Shown in pieces: positions 1 through 12,565 of a stretch of 64,000 bases of DNA. The position numbers and the translations under genes are program-made. The notes beneath the pieces were generated by a model. That model searched no databases. It saw only the letters and a program-made list of their open reading frames with translations, and was not told where the DNA came from. Where the stretch lies: contig JAUFOQ010000010.1 of the NCBI GenBank assembly GCA_040285855.1, positions 1,798,001 through 1,862,000 on the forward strand, given 5' to 3'. The DNA is from Eukaryota sp. GEM-RC1 (taxonomy: Eukaryota). The stretch's first letter is position 1, and each line of letters starts with the position of its first letter.

Positions 1-1875
1 GTGTATTTGAAACGTCTTGTTGAGGACTCTTGTCCTGGTGTTACTGCCAATAATCCTTTTCCTCTAACAAAATCACTGATTCCTAATCATATCAGATTGG
101 ATACTACATGGTTTAAAGAAGTTTATGCATCAGAAATGAAAGGTAGCTTTGATGACGTTCGAAAAGATATTTGGCACTCAGTTTTGAAACCAAAGTGTCT
201 TCCAAAGTCATTGTCTCATGACTTCAAATACAGTTCTATTTCTACAGATGGAGTTAGCTGTAGTTTAATGATGATGCGGAAAGATCTGCTTGATGGGAGA
301 GGAAATCCTCATAAGAAGGTGAAAGCAGTTGACTACACAGCTACTGAAAGGTACATTGATTCTTTGAGTTCCACAGAAATTCAAAACTTAAATTTGAAAT
401 CCAAAAGAATTGTTGCTATTGATCCTAATCAGCATGATTTGATGTATTGTGCTTCTTTAAAATCTGAGGAGGAAAAGAAAATCGAAGGTTTCGATACATC
501 AGCCAATCTCAGAAGAAGAAAGATTTCTCCAAAATCATCAAAGAAAAAAGGAAGCTTGAAAAAATTAAAAAAAGAATTGAAGGATTGGAAAGACGCACCC
601 ACTATTGACAAACCATCAACTGTCAAGTTGAAAAATCGTGATGATTGGAAAGTATTCAGATACACTGCTGGGGAGCGCAAAGCAGATATGAACAAGTCTC
701 CATGGAAAAGAAAAAAACAAAGAAGGAAAGAAAAAGAGCTAAGAGAAAGAAGAGGAAGCTGGAGAAGAAAATAAGACGATATAATCTCCACCGTTTGACT
801 GAATCTGAACGGTTACAACAATACTCTACCCAATTTATTCACATTCCAGATGGCAGACGCATTGACATAAATGGGCAACAAATTTTAGATCAATGGGGCT
901 CTAACTCGCCAGGTAGTAAATCTTGTGATTTGACTCTGTATTCTGCTTTTGTTCTTGGTAAAGAAATTACCTGTTCTTTACTACGATCACCCACTACTGA
1001 TCAAAGAACTACAGAAGGAATTTACGAAGAAAAGTGGTTTAGGAGGAATCGTCTCACACAATATTCAAGAAAGGAACGAAGTGAGAAAAACATGCTTCAC
1101 AGATTTGCTCTCCAGTTTGGAAACCCAGATGAAGTCGTTGTTGGGTATGGAGACTGGAACGACACTGCTTTTCGTCGAAGAAGAGGTAAAGCATCGACTG
1201 TAAAAGGTGCTTCAATTCGGAAATTACTGAGAAAATTTGGATTTAAAGTGTTCCTAGTTGATGAATTTAAGACCAGCAAATGTTGCTCTGCATGTGTTTC
1301 CAGAAACGACGAAGGTATCTGTTCCAATCCTGAAAGGATAAAAGTCACTGATCCTCATTGGAAGAAGAAGTTACAGAAGGAAGAGAAAAGAATTAAAAAA
1401 GGAAATTATGGAACACAATCTATTAGAAGAAAATGAAAATCGAAATTTTACCGAAGAATGGACAGACCAGTTGCAATTTTCGAAAGACAGATTAAAGAAC
1501 AACAAAGTCTCACCATGGGGCTTAGTTGAATGTGCTAAATGTCATGTCCTCTGGAATAGAGACTTCAATTCTGCTATTAATATTTACAATATTGTAAATG
1601 GAACCATTCAAGGTCAAGGTAGACCTGCCATCCTCGAGAGACCAAAATCTCAAACAACACCTGTCGTGGATGGCGGGAATACAGATCAGATTCCTAAGAA
1701 AAAGACTGTGAGTAAGGGTAAGGGTAAAGCAAAACGTCCTCTAACAAAAGTCAGAGGTCCTAACAAGTGTCGTATATGTTCTCAACCTGGACATAACAAA
1801 ACAACTTGTCCAAATAAGCCTAAGAAAGATGTACCCAAGGACTCACACGTAAACCAGAAAGATCAGGAATCTTGA
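1..1875 (+). CDS. Fanzor1-family RNA-guided endonuclease (eukaryotic TnpB homolog); 5' end outside window; two frameshifts in A-runs (~700-730, ~1395-1400)
   Basis: ORFs 1-774, 645-1436 and 1408-1875 join into one protein with the Fanzor1 motifs in order: FPLxxxxIPxHIRLDT, RuvC-I RIVAIDP (D 421-423), VVVGYGDW, rearranged RuvC-II VDEFKTSKCCSAC (E 1263-1265), and CAKC..WNRDFNSAINI (RuvC-III D 1561-1563). Confidence 0.9.
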
Positions 1876-1934
1876 ATCTATGAAGTTAGCTCGTCTTAAA
1901 AGACTTTGCGAATGAGGACATTTATTTGTTCAAA

Positions 1935-2031
1935 CTGTGAGTTTTGCTCATGAGTTTGCTTACGAGCTTGCTCATGAGATCATGAAAATGTGAAGGGTTA
2001 TGCCCTTATGCATTTGGAATGAAATTCACAG
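1935..2031 (+). ncRNA. Candidate Fanzor omega-RNA scaffold (5' boundary may extend to ~1880)
   Basis: Starts 60 nt after the Fanzor stop. Closing stem 1935-1945/2021-2031; hairpin 1947-1978 capped by GCU-UACG-AGC; hairpin 1986-2015. Several pairs are G-U. Ends exactly at the element terminus. Confidence 0.65.
2005..2031. repeat. Right terminal inverted repeat of the Fanzor element
   Basis: CTTATGCATTTGGAATGAAATTCACAG; its reverse complement matches 38171-38197 at 26/27 nt. Confidence 0.75.
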
Positions 2032-2446
2032 TATGATATATTATGAACTATTAGCCTGCCACCTTTTCATACAACATCATCTCTCATCCTCCTTACAAGT
2101 TGTGACGTGTCAATGATACTACACATTTAGTTCATTAGTATAGTTTATCAGCAATAAAGCCCGTACGTTCTTACTGTAGATTACACTGAACCTTAAATCA
2201 AGCAGTCTTATGAAAGACATCCCTGTTTGAGTGTATTTTATCAATCAGACGATACGTTCACTTCATTGGTATCCTAAGTGCCATTAACAGTTTAGTTTGG
2301 CAATCCGCGTTAACGCTCTAGTCAAATAATTTACCTTCAAGTAGCAAAAAGTTGATTTGTTTTTATTAGTTATTGAAATAACAACAAACAGATCATCGAG
2401 TTTTGATATGTTCACTTTCCATTACTTGTAACTGGTTTAGTAAAGC

Positions 2447-3203
2447 CTACGAAAACAAAATCCTGTAATTGAATGTTCTTTCAATGTCTGCTTTAATATT
2501 TTGGTTGATGCGAATACCCATTAGATTAACTACTTCACTTGTAGAACTCAGCTTCAACAATTTCGCTAATGTTTTTGCCCTTTGATCACCGAAGCAATTT
2601 GCTTGAAATCGAAGTACTTTAATATTTAAAGCAGAATTAAGCTGAACAGAATCAACTATTCTCAAGAAATCTTCATCAGAAAATCGACAATAATATAAGT
2701 CAAGATAAGTCAATTTAGTACTGGTCTTGATTAAGTCACACAAGACTGCAAGAGCATAGGCAGGTCAATGATGTCCAGTGACTGTAAAACAGAGACATTC
2801 TTAGCAGTTGTTTCAGTGTGAACCTGTTGTGAAAAGGAGAAAATTGTAGATTTTACATCAATTATGTGATTAGAAGTACCAAAGTCTATTTTTAGACTAC
2901 GGTATATATGATATAGAAGTGAAGAATGGCGACAATACTGTGAAAATTTAAATCTATAAATCCACGACACTGAACACGTGTAATAGGAACATTGGATTTA
3001 CTGGCATTTAAAAATAACCGTAAATCAATGTTTTTAATCTTGTCAGCGTAACTAATAATACCACGAGATGAATCAATAGAATGAAGCAACACTTCAATTG
3101 TTGGTGGTGATTGATCAGTGAAAAACTGTTTGAAAATATCCAAAAGAGTTTTAAACACCATTGAGAAATTATAGAGATTAATCATTTTTAAATTAGAGGG
3201 GTA
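2447..3203 (-). pseudogene. Leucine-rich-repeat-like protein remnant, interrupted by a MITE
   Basis: Broken ORFs with LRR-like pattern (LTYLDLYYCRFSD, IKVLRFQANCFGDQRAKTLAKLLK); sequence resumes beyond 4574. Confidence 0.55.
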
Positions 3204-4572
3204 CATTCTACCCTGGATATAGTGCGCTCATTTTGGTACGCACTATATCCAGGTGCGCTATAAATGCAGAAAAACGCTTGTGCACGATGATCGTTGTATC
3301 TATGGTCTTTATTGTTTATAAACTAGGTTCGCAGTACTTTTGTCTAGAAGATGAGCAAGGTCACGGTTCTGGAAGACCGGGAGTAGTGCGCGTGTAATTT
3401 TATGGGTGTGGTTTGAGGTGAAAGTGTGTACATCCAGATTCCTAATCAATTGACCAAGAAACACTTAGTTCTCTTCCAATTCAACATGAGGGAAGACAAG
3501 AGTGAAGTTGTGAAAAGGTCAGATGGACCACAAAACCTGACAAGCGTAGTTTTCAAGTAATCTACGACATGAAGTGGTGCGTACAAAGTTCTGAAGGACC
3601 TCGAACACAATAAAAGCCCACCACTCGCTGAGGAAGTGGTGATTCTCACAATTCTTCTCAATATCAGCAAATAGACACCCCATACCATGTCAATGGTATC
3701 TGTTTCTTCTATATCAGTAGAGAGAGGAGATGTCAAGAGAAAACTGAGATGCTCTCAGTGAAGAATAGAAGTTGTTTCAGATAAAGAGTAACGTCCACAA
3801 AGATTACGGAAGCAACAGTTGATGTAGTCTCATATTGAGAAAGGATAACGCGATGAAGTTTATTGATGGAAGAAGACTATAACAAAAGTGATGGAATGCA
3901 CCAAAAGAGAACATGACACGACAGAAGGAGATATGATATACCAACAGAGTTGGAGGAGACACAATGTCTGGCAGTGAAAAGTGCGCACTACACTAATCAT
4001 GGTAATTAGTCTGTATTGGAAATTGGTCTCACATGGTAATTCTCACTCAGACTAATTCCCATGTTATAACACTTTAACTGAAACTCGATTGGAAATTAGT
4101 CTCACTTTTTGTGATAAAATACCTATGAAATAGAACAACATTCGACGAATACAAATACTGAACCACCTCGATACTACTTCTATTTTGCTATGAATAGCAT
4201 TTCCGCTGATGTATGTGTTTACAAGGCAAGATATTGAGTCAGGACGTCGTTTTGTTTATAATGAGCTTGCACAGTCTTCTGGTTGGTATACACATCCTAA
4301 TATGAATGTTGTGGGAGAAAATCAAGCAGACGCACCGAACGACTGTTTTCCTACTCTATTGGTCATAATGAATGACAACAATTTTTTTGGAGGTGAGACT
4401 AATTTCCAACAATGGTAATTAGTCTGAGTGAGACTATTTTTCTAACATGCTAATTAGTCTCACATGTTATTTAGTCTGAGTGAGACTAATTACCATGTGG
4501 AGCCTTTGGACATGGACATATGAATTAGTCTGAGACTAATTACCATGATTAGTGTATATCCAGTGTAGACTG
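3204..4572. mobile_element. Non-autonomous TA-targeting (Tc1/mariner-type) TIR element
   Basis: Left end CATTCTACCCTGGATATA versus reverse complement of right end CAGTCTACACTGGATATA; TA at 3202-3203 and 4573-4574. Confidence 0.7.
3991..4554. mobile_element. MITE nested in the right end of the 3204-4572 element
   Basis: Perfect 22-bp TIR CACTAATCATGGTAATTAGTCT; TA on both sides; many internal AATTAGTCT motifs. Confidence 0.85.
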
Positions 4573-5996
4573 TACTGAAGTGCATTCACTATATTGAAGA
4601 AATTTTATCAAGTTGTTCGTCACTTTTATCTACTGATGTGCAAATTACACATGTTGTACACCGATCGTCATCAAGAATACGTTTTGAAAATATTTGATTT
4701 GAGTAAATTTGAGCTGAACCAAACACAACAAGAGGGCTTGACTTGACTCTTGAGTTAAATGAGCCTGACTCAAGCTGACTGACTCAAAACTCATTGAGTC
4801 AGCGTGAGTCAAAACTATAGTACTACTCACAATTCATCTCTCTTCATTTCAATCTCCCTATAACCTCCAACTAGCTTAACGTACACAACTGTAGCCCACA
4901 TTTTGTTGATCTGTCAAGTGATAGTTTCACACTACCAAATGGCCAACTAGGATCCTTCAGTGAACATTTAATAGACGTTTTGGAAGAGGAATAGTCAGTG
5001 ACAAAGAAGTTACAGACCAGGAATAGTAAAATGCATATTGAGAAGTAAATACTGAATCAACACTGTTGAACTTCTGTTGAAAATTGTAGTGATGCAAATC
5101 ATCACAGTTGTGATTAAATTCAATGTTAGTAAATAAACACAAAATTTGACGTAATTCAACGATGATAGAATGGAGACGTCTCTAGAGACACGAGACTTGT
5201 GGAGATTTAATTGTTTTGAATTAAAGCGAAGTGGCGTATTGTCCGATGAGATTTGTTCCACTTAATACAAACCCTCTTGAATGCGGTTTAAACTCTAATG
5301 GTATCCGTTTGCTAAATTTGGAACTACCTTACTCTGTGCAATGTTATGTTAAAACACTATGTATGAAGATCTCTTAGTTGATCACACTTCAAATGATTCT
5401 ATTATTATACATTTTGTTATAAAATTGATAGTAAAAAGTAGAAAACAATCATTACGATCGACAAAAGGGTTTCTTGAAAGTTGTCGATAAAGTGTGTTTA
5501 AGAAAGAAAACGCTTTTTATATAGAGTTTCGAAAATCGGAATCTACAGAAACATGGACGGTTACCAAAATGACCAAGATCTGCGGACAACAGATGAACTT
5601 GAATCAAACAAAGTATTTCTCCACATTAAAGCTATTTTGCGCAGGATCATGCATACCTTTTGAGAACATCATATCCCAATGTGTGGTGTGGTGCCTTATT
5701 TCCAGGTAAGCGACATGGTTGATTCCTCCAATATTTCAGAATATCTGAACATTGGTCTGATAAAAGAATAGATGGTGAAACTGTTGGAATGTTTAAGAAG
5801 GAAACTCATTGAAGGTCCATAAGAACAGTTAAGAGATGGAAATAACATCAAGATAAAAAGGAATTGCCCTTGAACTAGCAAAAGAAGTAGAAGAAGAGCT
5901 GTGGGAGTGAAGAATCATTGACTAGAACATTCTAAGGAGAGAAGAAGAGGCAGACTGCCCTTACAATGGTGTATGTCTTTGACATCAACTTGAAGA

Positions 5997-8463
5997 ATGC
6001 TCAATCTCATGGCCAATTCAAGTGACTCTCGACCCTCTTCTAGAACTTCCAACACCACTGACGTCAAAAGTCCTCCTTCTAAACGCCCTCGAGTTCTAGA
6101 TAATCTTGCTCTTCCAAATACTTATTGCTTCCCTTCCGATTGTTTCTGCAACAACCTCCATTCTCTGCAAAGAGACAATCTTCTTACTGATACTGTCATT
6201 ACCTACGATGGCAACTCTTTCCACTGTCATTCCTTCGTCGTCAGTGCTTTCAGTCATGTTCTTAAGGAGAAGGGTCTGGAATCTACCACAATAGAGTTCC
6301 CTCTACTTCCTTTTCTTACAGATTCTGATATCTTCTTCTCAGTCCTGACAACTCTCTATGGACAATCTCTTACTGTTACTCCTGAAAATGTCCCTATGCT
6401 TTCCATCATTGCTTCTCTTCTTCAGTTCCAGGAGTTAAGTGAGTTTGTTACTGAGAGAATGACAAATGGGTTGGGAAATTTTGAGGACAACAATTTTAAA
6501 TTGGACTCAAAAAAGTTAATTTTAAAAATTGTGAGGTCTTGCCCTAAAGACGTACGTGTTTCTTATAAAAACACGTCTGCTACTTTGAACTCTGTCTTAT
6601 TGATATCATTTTCAAAAATGTTTCATAATTTAATTACATGTGAATTTAAAGATTCTGCTGTAAGAAATTTTGAATATTCTGATGAATTTCCGGGTGTATC
6701 TGAAGATGTTTTTGCATTATTCTTCTGTCTTTTCCATTATGAAAATTCGGTTAAATTCGGTATTGCAAATATTTTAGAGTTTTTCCAGTTATCAGTTTAT
6801 TTTCAAGTAGATCAGTTGAAAATGGCTTGTCAAGACTTTCTTGTTACAAATTCTTTTCTAACGAAGAGATTTTTAATCTTTTAGATACGTGTAAGGAAAA
6901 AAATCAATTCTATTTTGTTGATCAAAATCCGGAAATATTTTCTATTATTTCAAATTTAGATAATGATCCTATTCCTCTAAGAATTTCTTTCATTACTTCC
7001 TTGCTGCCTGTTGTTGATCCTTTTTGGTTGTTTAAATGTTTAATTGAATTATATAAGAGTGAAAATTCTCTAGATCCAAAAACCAATGAATCCTTAAAAT
7101 TCTCAGATGAATTCAGAGTAGAATTTTTTAAAGTTTTCGAGTTTTTAGATTCATTTGGTGATTGTCACTTAGTTTCCACTTTATTGGAGTGGTCCATTTA
7201 TATTTTTCAAAATGTTAGAAGTTTTACCAATACTCCTCCAGATTGGTTTCTATGGACCTTACAAAAGAATTCTAATTTTTCACTGATTTAAAACTCTTTG
7301 GTGACTGTTTTCTTTCTATTGTTACAGTTCAGTCTTTAGAAAATTATCCCAATTTATGTTTGTCAAAGAGTTATCTTGAACTTCTTTGTTCAATACTTCC
7401 TGGTAAGTTTAGCATGTGGCTTGGAAAATGTCTTGTGAAATCTTGGAAGAATTCTGAGGAATCTGATTCTTCTTGGACAAATGACTCTTTTTCAAATGTA
7501 TCTCATTAATTATGGAGAAAGCTGATTTGAACGTGGTTAAGTTTTTAAGTTTTTTAATGGAGTTCAGCAACGATGGTAAGCTTGATTCAAAATTTTACTG
7601 TTTCGTTGCAAAGACTTCTCTTGACTTCTGCTCATCACGTGATGAAGAGGTCAGAATTGGGAATCAACATTATTCTCATGGAATGAATAGCTTCTATGGT
7701 AATACTGTATCTCAGAGTTATGAAAAAGCCTTTACCTTGTTCAATGAAGGTGCTAATCATAATCACGTTGATTCTCTTTTTAGTTTAGGAAGTTGTTATT
7801 ATCTAGGTCTAGGTGTTGAAAAGAATCTCTCCAAAGCTGTGGAATATTTTAAAAAAATCTGCTGAGTTGGGAAGTATTTTTGGTATGATCAATTCAGGAA
7901 TGTGTTTATATCCTTCAAAAGTAGATGTCAATGCCACAGAAGTCTTTATGTGGTTTAAAAAGGCTGCCGATCTAGGAAGCTCTGCTGGCCATCTTGGACT
8001 TTATCGCTGTTATGTTAAAGGTATAGGGGTTGAAAAGAACACTGAAGAAGCCTTTGGGCATTTACAAGTTGCAGCTGACATGGGACATCCAGAGGCTATG
8101 AATTTTATTGGTGTAACATTTAGCTCATTAAGTGAAGGTGATGACGAGGCTTTGAGCCAAGCTGCTGAATATTTTAAATTATCTGCTGATGGAGGTTGTT
8201 CTCATGGCATGGTGAATATGGGTTTTTACCACATGAAAGGTCGGAAAGTAGAAAAGAATGAACAAAAGGCGCTAGAGTACTTTCAAAAAGCTGTAAACCT
8301 AAAGAATCCTCATGCGGTCGTCCATCTGATAAATCTGTATAAAACTAAAAGGAAGATTGCAAAGAATATAGAATCGCTGAAATTCTGGGAAAATAAGAAG
8401 ACAGAATTAGAAGGTTGTGAACCCATTGATAATTTAAAAAGAAGAGGATTTCATATACTTTGA
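5997..8463 (+). CDS. BTB/POZ (x2) + SEL1-like repeat protein, frameshifted
   Basis: N-terminal BTB (LTDTVITYDGNSFHCHSFVVSAFS); C-terminal SEL1 repeats (LGSCYYLGLGVEKNLSKAVEYFKK); split over several ORFs, mostly at A/T runs. Confidence 0.8.
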
Positions 8464-8619
8464 CATACCTTTGTTCCTGTAATTTAATTAACCAAGAAAG
8501 AAATTAACTTCTGAGGTTTGTTGTATTTAGGCAAATTTTGATTGTCCTTTAATTATTTTTTTAAAAAAAGTTTATAGATGAAGGGGATATCAAAACAACA
8601 TATATGAAACAATATACAT

Positions 8620-9720
8620 ACAAAATTCCTGGTCAAACTACCACAGTTCTTATACAACTTAGTGATAATTGATTTTTAAACTTAGGCATCGAGTGGAACA
8701 GAGAAAAAATCAAACGGTTATGCCAAATTGATAAGTTAAATCTCTTCTGCTGAGACTTACACATAGATCCAAAATCAGTGAAAAACTGAGATGCCACTTT
8801 ACCAAAACTACCGAAAATAGAAATAGTAATTTTGTTAAATACATTTCAATTTATCGTAATTGTAACAGACTAAACAACTAAATTTTGATGTCGATAAAAC
8901 AACATCTATCACACTCAAATCTTACATCAGCTTTGTCCCCATAAAAGGAACTCACATCTAATAAAGCTTTGGAGACCGTCAGGAAAATTGTTTCAAAAAT
9001 AGGTAAAACGATACGATTCAACCATAGCATACGATCAAAGCGTTCGACCATCCCGTATTCAACGTGTTTTACATGTCTTAGAGCCATCAATGTTTTCTTG
9101 TACTTATCCTGTTTGGCTTATTCAGAAGTGTATGTGCATAAATTGCAACTGGCACCAATACACATTTCGAATACAAATTTTGATTGAGCTTAGCAACATC
9201 GTTGGAATACAAATCAATTATACGTTGTTCGGCTCTTTCAAGATGATTCCAACCCTTTGAATTTAAGTTGTTAACATAAGTTTGAGCACATGGATCGAAT
9301 GTTGTAACATCAAGGATAATTTGACTAGAATCATTAAAAGAACCATGTAAGTCACCTCGACGTAAATTATAAATGAATTCAAGACCCAACTTATTAAACA
9401 AAGGGTTCAACTTTGACATGAAATACATGAGCTTTAATCATTTCAAATGAAACATCTGTGACAGCATTATGAAGAACAAACCCAAATTGATTTCGTTTTG
9501 GCAATTAATTACATGTCTAAAAGTTGCATTGCGATGAAGACTACATACACGTTCAGAATTGTCCAGCATTTCTGCAAAAACAAACCTAAACGCAATCGCT
9601 TATTTAACTTGCAAGCCTCATCAGACAAATGCAAACACAAAGGAAGTGGTTGTTGAGTGATCAAACAAGTTGAATTCTTAAAATCATTCTTTTAAGTGAC
9701 TTTGATGGAATGGAAATTTG
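8620..9720 (-). mobile_element. 3' remnant of an RLE-type (CRE/NeSL/R2-like) non-LTR retrotransposon
   Basis: Degenerate zinc-finger/HNAV region followed by RRGDL...IILDVTTFDP restriction-like endonuclease motif; homologous to other copies in the window. Confidence 0.65.
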
Positions 9721-10101
9721 ATTGTTCTTTGATGTAGGAATTACTCTGAGTAATATGTTTTTTGAAAGAAGAGTTGAGGCTGTTATAAGATCCTACAAAA
9801 GTATATAAAAACTACTAAAAAACAATCTATTTTAGATCTACAGTGTTTGCAACAAGAATTATGTCATGAATATCACTGATTACGTGAAATTAGAAGAAGT
9901 TGAGCTGCTCAAGATACCGAAAAACAACATTATCAGATAATATGTGTAACATAAATTGATAAAATAAAAGAATATTGTAATTGAAAACATACATAAAAGT
10001 CATCAGAACTACGCAAATTCGGTATTTGACATAGAAATTTTTGAAATACTCCCTCAAAAATCAAATTCTATTTCAACCACTACACCTTTATACTTAACAT
10101 A

Positions 10102-12565
10102 CTACAACAACCCTCTTCTTTTCAAAACGTCAGTAGGTAAACAGCCTTTTAATTCTACCTTCTTTCTTTCCCAGTAATTTAGTGATTCTGATTGAGCTGG
10201 ATATCTAGTTGTGATTTTGTATACATCGATTAGTCTATCAATTGCAGAAATGTTGTTCAGTTTTGCTGATTGACGAAGCAGTTGTAGTCTTTTTGTTCAT
10301 CTCTACCTACTACACGACCTGTTCGATAGCAATTACCTAAATTAACTTTTCCATCAGAACAACCTCCATCAGCTGACAATTTAAAATATTTAAAAGCGTC
10401 AATTTCATTCATGTCCACGCCATCACCATCTGAGAGCAAACAACCCATAGTATTCATAGCCCCAGAATTTCCCATGTCAACAGCAGTTTCCAAGTATTCA
10501 AGCCCTTGGTCAATATTCACATCAACTCCCAAACCATTATCATAACAGTAATGAAGTCCGACAAAACCCTCTGAATTTCCTAATTCTGCCACATGTTTGA
10601 ACCAATTTAGTGCAATATTTTCATTTTTGTCAACTCCTTGGCCATTCAAGAAGCACCAGCCTAAATTAAGCATTCCATACATACTTCCCAACTCAGCAGA
10701 TTTTTTAAAACATTTCACAGCCTTTGCAAGATTCTTTTCTAAGCCTAAACCTAAAAAAAATAGCAACTTCCTAATTTGAAAATGGAATCGACGTGGCTAA
10801 GATTAGCACCTTCATTAAACAAGGTAAAAGCCTTTTCATAATTCTGTGTTACGGAATTTCCATTGAAGAAATTCAATCCATCTGAATACAGTTGATTACT
10901 AGCTTTGAGCTGTTCTTCACGCGATGACCAGAAGTCAAGAGAAGTCTTTGCAATGAAGGTTGTAATAGAGGGTCCAAGTTTACTATCGTTACTGATTTCC
11001 ATTAAGGAACTTAAGAACTTCAGTACATTCAAATTAGTCTTTTCCATAATTAATGAGATACATTTGAAAAAACAGTTATTTGTCCAAGAAAAATTGAATT
11101 CGTCAGAATTCTTCCAAGATTTCACCAGACTTTTTCCAAGCCACACGCAGAAATCACAAGGAAGTATTGAACAAAGAAGTTCAAGATAGTTCTTTGGCAA
11201 ACATAAATTAGGATAACTCTGTAGAGACTTAACTGTAACAATAGAAAGAAAACATTCACCAAAAAGATTTAAATCAGTAAAATAATTAGAATTCTTTTGT
11301 AAGGTCCATAGAAACCAATCTGGAGGAATTTTTTTAAAACATCTAACATTTTGAAAAATATAAATGGACCACTCCAATAAAGTGGAAATTAAGTGACAAT
11401 CACCAAATGAATCTAAAAACTCGAAAACTTTAAAAAATTCTACTCTGAATTCATCTGGAAATTTTAAAAGTTCATTGGTTTTTGGATCTAGAGAATGTTC
11501 ATTCTTGTATAGCTCAATTAAACATTTAAACAACCAAAAAGGATCAACAACAGTGATCAATGAAGTAATAAAAGAAACTCTAAGGGGGAAAGGTTGACCA
11601 CTATAATCTGAAAAAATTGAAAAAACTTCCGAATTCTGATCAACAAAATAGAACTGATTCTTTTCATTACAAATTTTTAGAAGATGCAAAATCTCTGTTT
11701 TAGAAAAACAATTAGTAATAAGGAAATCGTTACAGTCTAATTGAATTTGATCAACTTGGAAATAGACAGATAATTGAAAAAACTCCAAAATATTTGAAAT
11801 ACTCAATTTAACAGAATTCTGGTAATGGACAAGTCCGAAAAACAAACCAAAAACGTGTTCAGATACACCAGGAAATTCATCAGAATATTCAAAATTTCTA
11901 ACAGCTGAATCTTTAAATTCACATGTAATTAAATTCTGAAACATTTTTGAAAATGAAACCAATAAGACAGAGTTCAATGCAATAGCCGTGTTTTTATAAG
12001 AAACCTGTACGTCTTTAGGGCAAGACTCCACTACTTTTAAAATTAACCTTTTTATGTCCAATGTAAAAATGTTATCCTCAAAGTTTCCCAACCCTTTTGT
12101 CATTCTCTCAGTAACAAACTCACTTAACTCCTGGAACTGAAGAAGAGAAGCAATGAAGGAAAGCGTAGGGACATTTTCAGGAGTAACAGTAAGAGATTGA
12201 CCATAGAGAGTTGATAGGACTGGGAAGAAGATATCAGGATCTGTAAGAAAAGGAAGTAGAGGGAATTCTATTGTGGTAGATTCAAGACTCTTCTCCTTAA
12301 GAACAGGACTGAAAGCACTGACGACGAAGGAATGACAGTGGAAAGAGTTGCCATCGTAGATAATGACAGTGTCAGTAAGAAGGTTGTCCTTCTGCAACGA
12401 ATAGAGGTTGTTGCAGAAGCAATGTGAAGGGAAGCAATAAGTATTTGGAAGAGGACGACTATCTAGAACTCGAGGGCGTTTAGAAGGAGGACTTTTGACG
12501 TCAGTGGTGTTGGAAGTTCTAGAAGATGGCGGAGAGTGTCTTGAATTGGACATGAGATTGGTCAT
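10102..12565 (-). CDS. BTB/POZ + SEL1-like repeat protein, paralog of 5997-8463, frameshifted near 10755 and 10280
   Basis: The 604-aa ORF is highly similar to the plus-strand copy; SEL1 repeats continue in 10257-10766; same KRRG C-terminus, TAG at 10102-10104. Confidence 0.85.

Noticed and set aside
429..791. Hydrophobic 120-aa minus-strand ORF
   Set aside because: Antisense of the Lys-rich Fanzor segment.
695..1405. Programmed ribosomal frameshifting or alternative genetic code in the Fanzor
   Set aside because: The shifts go in opposite directions at plain A-runs, similar breaks hit GNA1, and intact genes use standard stops; error or decay is simpler.
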